NCBI RefSeq assembly: GCF_001521715.1
Contig: NZ_CP011863.1
Coordinates: 2,133,717-2,173,716 of the forward strand
Reading direction: 5' to 3'
DNA from: Enterobacter asburiae
Lineage (GTDB): Bacteria; Pseudomonadota; Gammaproteobacteria; Enterobacterales; Enterobacteriaceae
Length of the DNA: 40,000 bases
The position numbers were made by a program, and so were the translations under genes. Below are positions 9,006 to 18,031 of the stretch, piece after piece. The number at the start of each line of letters is the position of its first letter. Positions within the stretch are counted from its first letter, which is position 1. The notes under the pieces are model-generated. The model was not told where the DNA came from, did no database searches, and saw only the letters and a program-made list of their open reading frames with translations.

Positions 9006-9566
9006 TTATAAAATAGTACCTGGAGGGCATATGACATGCTCTTCCACTTTAGCACTATATCCACCCACTGTTCCCGCTTGCAGAAATGCCGATTTACCAA
9101 TACACGCTCCCCCTGCAAGATGCACCCCAACACCTAAATGGGCAAAATCACCGAGAGTTGAATCATGATCGACTGTAGAATGACAATTAACTATCGTACC
9201 TACACCAAGAGTTGAGTTTGCTCCTACAACCGCACCGGCTAAAACTACGCTGCCATGTCCCAAAGTAGCGGACGTGCTCACAAATGCAAAAGGATGAATT
9301 AGCGTTATCGGATAAATGCTTAGCAATTCTAGCTGTTGGTGGAATGACTCTCTGAGCTTATTATTACCTATGCCAATTACAATGTGTTTAGCTGTACCAG
9401 CATAAACCTTCAGATCTGAGGTTTTCCCGATAACACGAACCTTTGAATTGTCGGAGCGAGATTCATTATCGTCGAGAAATACAATTTTTTCATATCCCAA
9501 TAGCGTAGCAGTTTCGTACAATGTACGTCCATGTCCTCCAGCTCCAACAATGATCAGATCATTCAT
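9006..9566 (-). CDS. NeuD/PglD-family sugar N-(or O-)acetyltransferase
   Basis: 186 aa. N-terminal Rossmann-like IIVGAGGHGRTLYE followed by a hexapeptide beta-helix (GHGSVVLAGAVVGANSTLGVGTIVNCHSTVDHDSTLGDFAHLGVGVHLAGGACIG). Confidence 0.75.
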   Translation of the reverse strand: MNDLIIVGAGGHGRTLYETATLLGYEKIVFLDDNESRSDNSKVRVIGKTSDLKVYAGTAKHIVIGIGNNKLRESFHQQLELLSIYPITLIHPFAFVSTSATLGHGSVVLAGAVVGANSTLGVGTIVNCHSTVDHDSTLGDFAHLGVGVHLAGGACIGKSAFLQAGTVGGYSAKVEEHVICPPGTIL

Positions 9567-10601
9567 TTATGCCTTCTCTTTATCTTTAACTCCAGCACCA
9601 CATCTGAATACAAGAATAATCAATGGTAACCAGGCGATGGTAATGCCTACAATTCCATCAATTTTTGCAGAGATGATTAAGTAAGCAATAGGGAGCAGCC
9701 ACATGAAGTTAATAGCTATAGCCGCCATAGTAACAGGAACATGGCTCTTATATTTACGGGCAAGAATTTGGTAACAATGACTTGCATGTGCTTCATAGAC
9801 TTTCTTACCCGCCAGTAATCTTCTCAGTAAGGTAGTAGTTGCATCAACAATGAAAACACCCATCAGACAGAGTTCTGCGATCAGAACACGTGAGTCCAGC
9901 TTTGCAAAATAAAGGATCATCAGCCCAATGGTGATACCCAGAAAACCGCTTCCAGCATCGCCCATGAAGATCCTTGCCACAGGGAAGTTCCACACGATGA
10001 ACCCCGCGACCGATCCAGCGAGTGCTAATGCAAGCATAGTCATTGCATCAGATGAATCAGAGTAGTTATTGATAGTTATTATCAAGATACTACAAAGCGA
10101 AAAGGTAATAGCTTGCGCACTTGCAAGACCATTAATACCATCCATAAAGTTATATAAATTCAACATCCATACAAGATAGATACTACCGAGGATCATTCCA
10201 AACCATGACAAAGAAACATCGTAGCCAAACATATTAATGCTTGGGAACGATCCTAGATAAAAAAGCCCTATAGCTGCAGCGATGAAGTGCATTAACAAGC
10301 GCCAGCGTGCGGCGATATGGCCATGATCGTCGAGGAAACCAATAACCGCAATCAATAAGCCAGGCACGAAGAAACCTAAAAATGTTGCCTGAGTTATATG
10401 ATTTGTAAGGACCAGCCATACTAATGAAGCTAACAATGTTAATACAATAGCCACCCCTCCCCCACGAGGTGTAGGAACACTGTGAGAACTTCTTTGGTTT
10501 GGTTGATCAATTACATTATTCTTGATGGCATATAACCTTAAACCCCAGGTCAACGCGCATGATATAAAGAATGCAAAAACGACAATGCCCAGATACAACA
10601 T
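9567..10601 (-). CDS. polyprenyl-phosphate HexNAc-1-phosphate transferase (WbpL/WecA/MraY GT4 family), initiating transferase
   Basis: 344 aa polytopic protein. Family signatures: DQPNQRSSHSVPTPRGGG, LDDHGHI, NFMDGINGL, FMGDAGSGFLG. Stop abuts the next gene, and its start overlaps the upstream stop (TAATG). Confidence 0.85.
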   Translation of the reverse strand: MLYLGIVVFAFFISCALTWGLRLYAIKNNVIDQPNQRSSHSVPTPRGGGVAIVLTLLASLVWLVLTNHITQATFLGFFVPGLLIAVIGFLDDHGHIAARWRLLMHFIAAAIGLFYLGSFPSINMFGYDVSLSWFGMILGSIYLVWMLNLYNFMDGINGLASAQAITFSLCSILIITINNYSDSSDAMTMLALALAGSVAGFIVWNFPVARIFMGDAGSGFLGITIGLMILYFAKLDSRVLIAELCLMGVFIVDATTTLLRRLLAGKKVYEAHASHCYQILARKYKSHVPVTMAAIAINFMWLLPIAYLIISAKIDGIVGITIAWLPLIILVFRCGAGVKDKEKA

Positions 10602-11551
10602 TATTTGTTACCTTCAATAAAATACTTCGCTGTTTTTACCATCGTTTCTTGTAACGAGACGGGTGGCGTCCATTGAAGCTGCTCTCTTGATTTTCTTGAA
10701 TCAACTTCCAGATCGCCAAACAGTTGATCATATATACTTTTCTTGCCCAGTATAGAAAGGAAAATTTTCAGTATTGTTTTGGGGAAATAGACAAGTCGCG
10801 CTTTCATACCCATCCCGGTAGAAAATGCCGTTATCATTTCTTCAGTTGAAGGATGCACTTCGTCAGCCAAAAGATAGAGTTCATTCTTTGACTTCTCATT
10901 CGTTACACATTCGCAGATAAAGCTCACAACATTGTCCAGTGAAGCAAGAGCACGCTTATTTTTAACCGATTTAAAAGGCAGTGGCAGATTTCGCGACACT
11001 AGTTTTAACAATCGTTGAATGTTACCCGGTGCATTTGGACCACAAATCAATGCCGGACGCACTATGGTTATCCCCATATTGCTACCAGTAAATGCTTTAA
11101 GAAGACTTTCCTCGGCTTCCAGCTTTGAAATAGCATAATCTGAAGTGGGTCTGGCAGGTGTCGTTTCACTAAAAGGTATCCCCGAAGTGGAATTACCATT
11201 AACACCTATTGAACTGACGAAGATGAAATGTTTCACATTACAACTTATTGCATCATGAGCTAATTTCATCGTGGCATCGTGATTCACACGACGAAATTCT
11301 GTCAGCGTATCTTCGGCTTTATCATTAAGAATATGTGCTCTGCCTGCTGTGTGAATGACAGTATCACAATCCTGGAGAAGGGTTGTCCAGTTTGTTTGTG
11401 CAGAGATATCGCCAAGGTTGTACATCCCATTGTCGATATTTTCGTCTCGACGGGAAGTGAAAATTACCTGATGACCTGCCGACCTCAGCGTTTTGACTAA
11501 AGCAGAACCGAGAAAACCAGTTCCCCCTGTCACTAAAACTTTCATTGTCAT
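10601..11551 (-). CDS. NAD-dependent extended-SDR sugar-nucleotide 4-reductase/epimerase (WbpK/WbpV-like)
   Basis: 316 aa with VLVTGGTGFLGSALV and a canonical YAISK (YxxxK). Lies immediately upstream of the WbpL-like gene, as in Pseudomonas wbpK/V-wbpL arrangements. Confidence 0.7.
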   Translation of the reverse strand: MTMKVLVTGGTGFLGSALVKTLRSAGHQVIFTSRRDENIDNGMYNLGDISAQTNWTTLLQDCDTVIHTAGRAHILNDKAEDTLTEFRRVNHDATMKLAHDAISCNVKHFIFVSSIGVNGNSTSGIPFSETTPARPTSDYAISKLEAEESLLKAFTGSNMGITIVRPALICGPNAPGNIQRLLKLVSRNLPLPFKSVKNKRALASLDNVVSFICECVTNEKSKNELYLLADEVHPSTEEMITAFSTGMGMKARLVYFPKTILKIFLSILGKKSIYDQLFGDLEVDSRKSREQLQWTPPVSLQETMVKTAKYFIEGNK

Positions 11552-11598
11552 CCCCTATCAGTTAATGAACTATAAACAAATATAGAAATAAACTGCTC

Positions 11599-12681
11599 TT
11601 AACGATTTTGATAATTTTGCGCAATCCAGGATTTATAATTACCGCTTTTAACGTTTTCCACCCATTCTGTATTTGTCAAATACCATTCAACGGTTTTACG
11701 AATGCCACTTTCAAAGGTCTCCTGTGGCGCCCATCCCAACTCAGCACTAATTTTATTTGCATCAATGGCGTAGCGACGGTCATGGCCCGGACGATCAGCA
11801 ACATACGTAATCTGATCGCGATAAGACCCCTCTTTTGGCACAATCTCATCAAGCAGATCGCAAATCGTATGGACCACGTCCAGGTTCTGCTTCTCGTTAT
11901 GACCGCCAATATTGTACGTTTCACCCGGTTTCCCTTGAGTGACAACGGTGTAGAGAGCACGCGCATGATCTTCTACATATAGCCAGTCACGGATCTGATC
12001 GCCCTTACCGTAAACAGGAAGAGCTTTTCCGTCCAGCGCATTCAGGATAACCAGTGGGATCAGTTTTTCAGGGAAATGGTACGGACCGTAGTTGTTTGAA
12101 CAGTTGGTGACAATGGTGGGGAAACCGTAGGTACGCAGCCAGGCACGAACAAGATGATCGCTCGAGGCTTTCGACGCTGAATACGGACTGCTAGGCGCAT
12201 AAGCAGTGGTCTCAGTGAAGAGTGGCAGCTCAGTTGACGCCGGATGCTCATCAGGATGCGGCAAATCACCATACACTTCGTCGGTTGAGATGTGGTGGAA
12301 ACGAAACGCTTTCTTCGCCTGCTCATCCAACGTTGACCAGTACGCACGAGCGGCTTCCAGCAGTACATAAGTGCCGACGATATTGGTTTCGATAAACGCA
12401 GCCGGGCCTGTAATCGAACGATCGACGTGACTTTCAGCGGCCAGGTGCATCACCGCATCAGGCTTATGCTTTGCGAAAATGCGATCCATAGCGTCTTTGT
12501 CGCAAATATCCGCATGTTCAAAAGCATATCGGCCGCTGTCGCTGACTTCACTGAGCGACTCAAGGTTGCCGGCATAGGTCAGCTTATCCACATTGACGAC
12601 GTCGTCCTGGGTATTTTTAATAATATGTCGTACAACCGCTGAGCCGATAAAGCCGGCCCCACCCGTCACAAGAATTTTCAC
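11599..12681 (-). CDS. rmlB: dTDP-glucose 4,6-dehydratase
   Basis: (V->M)[25 protein letters not shown]...[15 protein letters not shown]... is canonical RmlB. The track ORF starts 19 codons earlier (ATG 12738), but homologues start at MKILVTGG. I therefore prefer the GTG at 12679-12681. The start call is uncertain. Confidence 0.88.
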   Translation of the reverse strand: MKILVTGGAGFIGSAVVRHIIKNTQDDVVNVDKLTYAGNLESLSEVSDSGRYAFEHADICDKDAMDRIFAKHKPDAVMHLAAESHVDRSITGPAAFIETNIVGTYVLLEAARAYWSTLDEQAKKAFRFHHISTDEVYGDLPHPDEHPASTELPLFTETTAYAPSSPYSASKASSDHLVRAWLRTYGFPTIVTNCSNNYGPYHFPEKLIPLVILNALDGKALPVYGKGDQIRDWLYVEDHARALYTVVTQGKPGETYNIGGHNEKQNLDVVHTICDLLDEIVPKEGSYRDQITYVADRPGHDRRYAIDANKISAELGWAPQETFESGIRKTVEWYLTNTEWVENVKSGNYKSWIAQNYQNR

Positions 12682-12766
12682 GTTATCTGTTCCATCTGTT
12701 GGAAATGTCTGGATACTTGCGCTCTGAAACCTGAACATTTATTAACTGACGGTTTCAGAAATTGAG

Positions 12767-12805
12767 CACGCTACCGCCCCTGGCTTAACAGCTACCAGTG
12801 CACTG
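12767..12805 (-). promoter_or_regulatory. JUMPstart element with ops (RfaH recruitment) site, 5' leader of the O-antigen operon
   Basis: The minus strand reads CAGTGCACTGGTAGCTGTTAAGCCAGGGGCGGTAGCGTG. This is the 39-nt JUMPstart consensus ending in the ops motif GGCGGTAGCGTG (12767-12778). Confidence 0.88.
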
Positions 12806-12954
12806 AGCGATGTGTGATTAAATGATTTTTCTTGTCTGGATACAGACAAAAAACTGGCGTTAATTGTCGTCCTAAACGACCTCAGAAACAAGCACAAATC
12901 GCTACAAAGCAATCCGTATTTAGACCCTGTAACTCGCTGTAATCATGGGATTAA

Positions 12955-13018
12955 TAACAAAAAGCGGCAGTCATCATTTTGGTTAGATATCAACACACCA
13001 AAATAATGACTACCGCTT
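12955..13018 (-). terminator. rho-independent terminator downstream of galF
   Basis: 22-nt arms (12962-12983 / 12997-13018) with a 13-nt loop. The two imperfect positions are G-U pairs in the minus-sense RNA but C-A mismatches in plus sense. Followed on the minus strand by UUUUUGUU. Begins 22 nt after the galF stop. Confidence 0.75.
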
Positions 13019-13039
13019 GTTCAAATCGTGGCCGGAATA

Positions 13040-13936
13040 TCAGTCGTTTGCGAGCAACTTCTCAATACGGGTTCTGAACTTCGCCCCTTCTTTCAGGTTA
13101 CGCAGCCCATAGTTCACGAACGCCTGCATATAACCCATTTTCTTACCGCAGTCATAGCTGTCGCCGGTCATCAGCATAGCGTCTACGGACTGTTTTTTCG
13201 CCAGCTCGGCAATCGCGTCGGTCAGCTGAATACGATCCCAAGCGCCTGGCTCGGTTTTTTCCAGCTCGGCCCAGATATCTGCGTTCAGAACATAGCGACC
13301 TACAGCCATCAGGTCTGAGTCCAGCGTCTGTGGCTGATCCGGTTTTTCGATAAACTCAACGATGCGGCTCACCTGCCCTTCCGTCTCCAGCGGCTCTTTA
13401 GTCTGGATCACAGAGTACTCGGAGAGATCGCCCTTCATGCGTTTCGCCAGCACCTGGCTACGGCCGGTTTCATTGAAACGTGCCACCATTGCCGCCAGGT
13501 TATAACGCAGCGGATCGGCAGAAGCAGTATCAATGATGATATCCGGCAGCACGACGATGAATGGATTATCGCCCACAACCGGACGGGCACACAGAATAGA
13601 GTGGCCCAGACCCAGCGGCTGCGCCTGGCGCACGTTCATGATGGTCACGCCTGGCGGACAAATAGACTGCACTTCCGCCAGCAGCTGGCGCTTAACGCGC
13701 TGTTCAAGCAGCGCTTCGAGTTCGTAAGAGGTGTCGAAGTGGTTTTCTACCGCATTCTTGGACGAGTGCGTAACCAGGACGATTTCTTTGATCCCTGCAG
13801 CAACAATCTCGTCGACAATGTACTGAATCATTGGCTTGTCGACGATCGGCAGCATCTCTTTAGGAATGGCTTTTGTGGCTGGCAGCATATGCATGCCCAA
13901 GCCTGCTACCGGAATGACTGCTTTCAAATTAATCAT
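13040..13936 (-). CDS. galF: UTP-glucose-1-phosphate uridylyltransferase subunit GalF
   Basis: [51 protein letters not shown]... is near-collinear with E. coli GalF from memory. An AAGGTGGA SD precedes ATG 13936. The track's GTG at 13948 lies inside that SD. Confidence 0.94.
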   Translation of the reverse strand: MINLKAVIPVAGLGMHMLPATKAIPKEMLPIVDKPMIQYIVDEIVAAGIKEIVLVTHSSKNAVENHFDTSYELEALLEQRVKRQLLAEVQSICPPGVTIMNVRQAQPLGLGHSILCARPVVGDNPFIVVLPDIIIDTASADPLRYNLAAMVARFNETGRSQVLAKRMKGDLSEYSVIQTKEPLETEGQVSRIVEFIEKPDQPQTLDSDLMAVGRYVLNADIWAELEKTEPGAWDRIQLTDAIAELAKKQSVDAMLMTGDSYDCGKKMGYMQAFVNYGLRNLKEGAKFRTRIEKLLAND

Positions 13937-14112
13937 TATTTCTTCCACCTTAAAATGGTTGACGAATTATAGCTCTTAAACCTGTTTTCGCCAGCATGAT
14001 TTGCCGTAATCCTCAGGTAATGTTACGCCTTAGCCCTACAAATTTCTGTAGTTGTAATCTGAATAGATCACGCTTCTTTCCCAGGAATAGTCTCAAAACA
14101 GCTATTTGTCGA

Positions 14113-15504
14113 TTATCTGTGCGGAAGCGCAAAGTTAAGCTTTTCCGCATTCACCACCTGCTGGTCGACCCGGTCAATATCCACCGAGCTTTGCCCCTTC
14201 TCATTCACCGCTTTAATGTTCGCCAGCGACAGCAAGGTCTCATCTTTCGCCATAAATTTCCCCCTCACATCCTTGCGCAGATCGAAGTTGATCTTCAGGG
14301 CGGGACCCACAGCGGCTTCCTGCATCACATTGATGTTGCGTAAAAAAAGATGCTGCGGCTTGTTGTGCAGTTCAAGCGTAGCACGCTGCATTTCCACGTT
14401 GGTTATCGCCACAAACGAGGTGGCGTTACCGGATGAAATCTGTATTCCGCGCAATTTATACGCAAGCTGACGATTATCGAGATGAATATTGTTGAGCTTG
14501 AAGTTCTGCGGGATGGACAAATAATCGCCTTTTATCACCCCATAGCCGATTAACATTCCGGCACTGTTCACCATATCGACATTATCAATAATGAAATTAT
14601 CACAGCCATAAATGGCCACCGTGGCATTGTCTATTCCCGCCTTTTTACTGAAGTCGGGAGTTATATTTTTGGCCTTAATATTGCGAATAACAAAATGTTT
14701 ACCGTTTTCAACGTGCACCAGCTGGCGACAGTTGCTGCCGGTAATGTTTGCCACCACGAAGTTCTTGACGGTTTGCTTCTCCGGATAGTCGTTATCGTAG
14801 GTGCTGCCGGCGAGGCCAATGCCGATGCCCCAGTTGATCTTGCCGTTGGTGCAGTTGATGTTGTCGATGACATGATCGGAGATCAGGATATTGCGATCGT
14901 TGATGGCGACGTTCCACTCGATCGCATCGCCCTGGAGATGGCTAAATTTACTGTTGGTGATGCGGGCACCGTCCACCTGGTTGTGGAAACCCTGGCGCAG
15001 GATGGCGTAGTTGGCCTGGCTTACGCTGATGTTATCAATCAGCAAATTGCGCATCACGCTCGGTTTCTTGCCGCCGATGTAGATCTGCGTCACCGGGCCA
15101 AAACCGCTCATGGCCAGCCCTTTGATGACGCAGTCAGAGCCGCGAACGTCGAGCGTGATGTTCTCCGTGCGGCCAGCACCTTCGCCTATTACTTTGCTGC
15201 CTTCCTGCAGAACAAAGCGGCCGCGCCCGTTGCCGGTTAACGCTCCGCGGATCAGCAGCGTTTTACCGTCGGGAATGAAAATGCCCGTATTGATGTTTGC
15301 GCAGGTGAGCCCGGCGGGGACCACGACGGTGTCACCGTCATTGAACGCCTGCTTAAAGGCGGCGATCCAGTCGTTGTTATTGTACTGATTAACAGAGACC
15401 GTTCTGCCGCTTGCCGCCTGCGCGATGCGTGACGACAGCAGCGGCGTGGCCGCCAGAACGGAGAGAGAAGAGACAAAGGTGCGTCGGGTAATCTTTTTCA
15501 GCAT
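14113..15504 (-). CDS. wcaM: colanic acid biosynthesis protein WcaM
   Basis: 463 aa with a twin-arginine-type signal ([16 protein letters not shown]). The long beta-helix-like body is collinear with E. coli WcaM. Last gene of the cluster. Confidence 0.93.
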   Translation of the reverse strand: MLKKITRRTFVSSLSVLAATPLLSSRIAQAASGRTVSVNQYNNNDWIAAFKQAFNDGDTVVVPAGLTCANINTGIFIPDGKTLLIRGALTGNGRGRFVLQEGSKVIGEGAGRTENITLDVRGSDCVIKGLAMSGFGPVTQIYIGGKKPSVMRNLLIDNISVSQANYAILRQGFHNQVDGARITNSKFSHLQGDAIEWNVAINDRNILISDHVIDNINCTNGKINWGIGIGLAGSTYDNDYPEKQTVKNFVVANITGSNCRQLVHVENGKHFVIRNIKAKNITPDFSKKAGIDNATVAIYGCDNFIIDNVDMVNSAGMLIGYGVIKGDYLSIPQNFKLNNIHLDNRQLAYKLRGIQISSGNATSFVAITNVEMQRATLELHNKPQHLFLRNINVMQEAAVGPALKINFDLRKDVRGKFMAKDETLLSLANIKAVNEKGQSSVDIDRVDQQVVNAEKLNFALPHR

Positions 15505-15516
15505 ACATCCTCGGCG

Positions 15517-16737
15517 TTACAACGTTTGCAGCAGGCTGGCTAACTGGCGGTTAATCACCTGCTGGTTAAAATCGGTTTCCACTTTTTGTCGGGCGTTATG
15601 GAGCACGGGCTCCAGCGCCTGCTGGTCAATATCGCTGAAGGCTGCTAATCGGTCCGCAAGGGCCATCGCGTTATTCTCCGGCACCAGCCAGCCGGAGTGG
15701 TCAGACTTAATCAGCTCCGGGATCCCGCTGTGCAGGGTTGATACCACCGGAATACCTACGGCCATCGCCTCCATCAGCGCCACCGGAATGCCTTCCATAT
15801 CGCCATCGGCACCCGTCACCGAGGGCAGCAGAAACACATCCGCCTCGTCGAGCATGGACTTGACCTCGTGGCTCGGCTTGAAGCCCGGCATCTCTACGAC
15901 ATCTTCCAGCTGATACTGTTCGATAAGCGTGCGCAGACGACGCTCCCACGGCCCAATGCCGAGAATGCGATAGTGGAAATCCACCCCGCGCGCTTTTAGC
16001 TGTCGGCAGGCTTCAATGGCCACATGGAGGCCTTTCTTCTCGGTCAGGCGAGCAACGGAGATGATCTGCAGCGGTTTTCCCGGCACCTTGACAGGACGGC
16101 GAGTGAAGCGCGTTAAGTCCACGCCCATACGCGAAACGGCAATTTTTTCTCCCGGGCAGCCCATGTTTTTCAGGCGTCCGGCCCACAGGTCGCTGATAGG
16201 CAGCATCATGTCACCGCGTCTGAACAGCTGCTGATACTCCGGCGTGTAGTGGTTAAGCACTTCGCGGCTGGAGATGTCGATACCGTGGAAGATGGTCGCA
16301 ATTTTGCCGTCAATCACGCCCAGCTCGCGTAGCTTCGCGGCGGTGACGCCCGCCGGGCCAAAGTGGGCGATAAACACGTCGGCACGATACGGCTGCGCGG
16401 TTTGCCCGCAGATGGCCGACAGGATCAGATTGCGGGATTCGGACCCATAGCGGGAAACATTCAGCGCCCGCCACGTCGACGCGCGGTGGATCCCGCGCAA
16501 CGTCTGGCTGGCCCGGTAGCGCAGCTTGCTCAGCTTTCCGGACGGCTCATCCTGCAGCCAGCGGGTTTTCGCCTCCAGCCCATACTGGGTATACGCCGCA
16601 TGGGTGTTTTTGGTATCGCCCTTTTGCAGGGCGATAATCTCCACGTCATATCCCATATCGATAAACGCGGTGATTTGGTTCAGGACAAACGTTTCAGACG
16701 ACAGCGGAAATTTCAGTAAGAAGAAACCAACCTTCAT
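15517..16737 (-). CDS. wcaL: colanic acid glycosyltransferase WcaL (GT1/GT4-type)
   Basis: 406 aa GT-B protein with the C-terminal EGIPVALMEAMAVGIPVVST motif. Position and sequence match WcaL. Confidence 0.93.
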   Translation of the reverse strand: MKVGFFLLKFPLSSETFVLNQITAFIDMGYDVEIIALQKGDTKNTHAAYTQYGLEAKTRWLQDEPSGKLSKLRYRASQTLRGIHRASTWRALNVSRYGSESRNLILSAICGQTAQPYRADVFIAHFGPAGVTAAKLRELGVIDGKIATIFHGIDISSREVLNHYTPEYQQLFRRGDMMLPISDLWAGRLKNMGCPGEKIAVSRMGVDLTRFTRRPVKVPGKPLQIISVARLTEKKGLHVAIEACRQLKARGVDFHYRILGIGPWERRLRTLIEQYQLEDVVEMPGFKPSHEVKSMLDEADVFLLPSVTGADGDMEGIPVALMEAMAVGIPVVSTLHSGIPELIKSDHSGWLVPENNAMALADRLAAFSDIDQQALEPVLHNARQKVETDFNQQVINRQLASLLQTL

Positions 16738-18014
16738 TTCCCCTCCCGCACGCGGTCAAGTACCGATTTCACCATCCCAATGCCCTTCTCGCGCTCGGCT
16801 TTCACCGCCACCGCCAGGCGTTCATTGATCGCAGGCAGCTGGCCGAGCGTGTCGCCCACCATCGCACCGAGCGAACCATCGAGCAGATGACGGATATCCA
16901 CGGCCATTTCCGGCATACCGAGCTGCTGCATGATGCCTGCTGATTTGTGTTCGTAGTTGATGGCAATGGCCGGCGTGCCAAAGTTCATGGAGATAATGGC
17001 GGAGTGCAGCCGCGTGCCGACGGTCAGGTCGCAGGCGGAGAGCAGCTTGCCCATCTCCAGATCGTTCAGTTCGTCCATCACCACGTGATAGCGGGACGGA
17101 TCGTTCACCAGATTGCGCAGGTTCAGCGCCACCATGCGGTCGTCTTTGTTGTAGCTGTCGATACCCGTGCAGGTGGAGAGCGCCAGCACCTGGTACCCGC
17201 TGTCCAGCACGCGGTTCACCACGTCGGCGAAGGCTTTCTCGTACGCCGCCTGCGTTGTGCCTAAACGCTTATCGAAGGGCGCCAGCTCGCGCAGGGTTAT
17301 TGCGACGGTTTTCTGTTTCGCCGCCACGTCGAGCCAGTGCTGCACCGCGTAGCTCGGCTGGAAGCTGTCGTCCTGGTGATCCACAAGCCACGCGGTGTCC
17401 ACGCCGTGCTCAACTTTTGAGGTGTCAATTTCGCTGCGCTTCATCATGTCGAGGCTGACCGACTCGCGCAGGATCAGCGCGTCGCAGTGGCCGAAGACGT
17501 AGTTTGCGAGCTGGTTAAACTGCGGATCCTGGAATGGCCCGACGCTGTGGCCAATCATAAACAGCGGCTTTTTCGCCATGAACGTACAAAGCGCATGCTC
17601 AAACTGAGGCACGCCGTAGAGATCGACGAAGAAAGAACCGCCAACCTGGATAATGGCGTCATAGCCGGACAGCAGACGAACAAAATCGGTAAAGCCCTGC
17701 GCGATAGCGATGTTGCGCAGCTTGCCGGTATCGGTCACACGGGAAAGCAGCACCTGGTGCTGGTAGCGACGACGCAGCACTTTCTTCACGCGGCCCATCA
17801 CGCCCGCGGCGTTGTTATGCTGTTTCATCTGGCTGTAGAGCGGGTCGCCCATCACCGGGCGGTTCAGCAACCAGGATGAGCTGACCGGATAACGGCTCAT
17901 CACGTCCACTTCGGTCTCAGGCTTAAGGGTGTTAATTGCATCCAGTAAACCGCGCAGGATGGCGCTGTCGCCACGGTTGCCGCAGGTATGGTTGCCAAGA
18001 ATTAATAATTTCAT
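16734..18014 (-). CDS. wcaK: colanic acid pyruvyl transferase WcaK
   Basis: 426 aa: MKLLILGNHTCGNRGDSAILRGLLDAI..., polysaccharide pyruvyl transferase family. 4-nt overlap with wcaL. Confidence 0.93.
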   Translation of the reverse strand: MKLLILGNHTCGNRGDSAILRGLLDAINTLKPETEVDVMSRYPVSSSWLLNRPVMGDPLYSQMKQHNNAAGVMGRVKKVLRRRYQHQVLLSRVTDTGKLRNIAIAQGFTDFVRLLSGYDAIIQVGGSFFVDLYGVPQFEHALCTFMAKKPLFMIGHSVGPFQDPQFNQLANYVFGHCDALILRESVSLDMMKRSEIDTSKVEHGVDTAWLVDHQDDSFQPSYAVQHWLDVAAKQKTVAITLRELAPFDKRLGTTQAAYEKAFADVVNRVLDSGYQVLALSTCTGIDSYNKDDRMVALNLRNLVNDPSRYHVVMDELNDLEMGKLLSACDLTVGTRLHSAIISMNFGTPAIAINYEHKSAGIMQQLGMPEMAVDIRHLLDGSLGAMVGDTLGQLPAINERLAVAVKAEREKGIGMVKSVLDRVREGK

Positions 18015-18031
18015 AATGGCCTCTTAAATAA

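Noticed and set aside
12832-12849. Hairpin TTGTCTG-gata-CAGACAA upstream of the O-antigen JUMPstart.
   Set aside because: The stem is short. The flanking T-run precedes rather than follows it on the minus strand, and on the plus strand it is followed by A's. It is not a terminator in either orientation, and I could not support a function.
11552-13039. Looked for an IS element, integrase, tRNA or direct repeats at the host/foreign G+C boundary near galF-rmlB that would indicate a mobile island.
   Set aside because: None is present. The boundary contains only the galF terminator, the JUMPstart/ops and rmlB itself. This fits homologous-recombination replacement of O loci rather than site-specific mobility.
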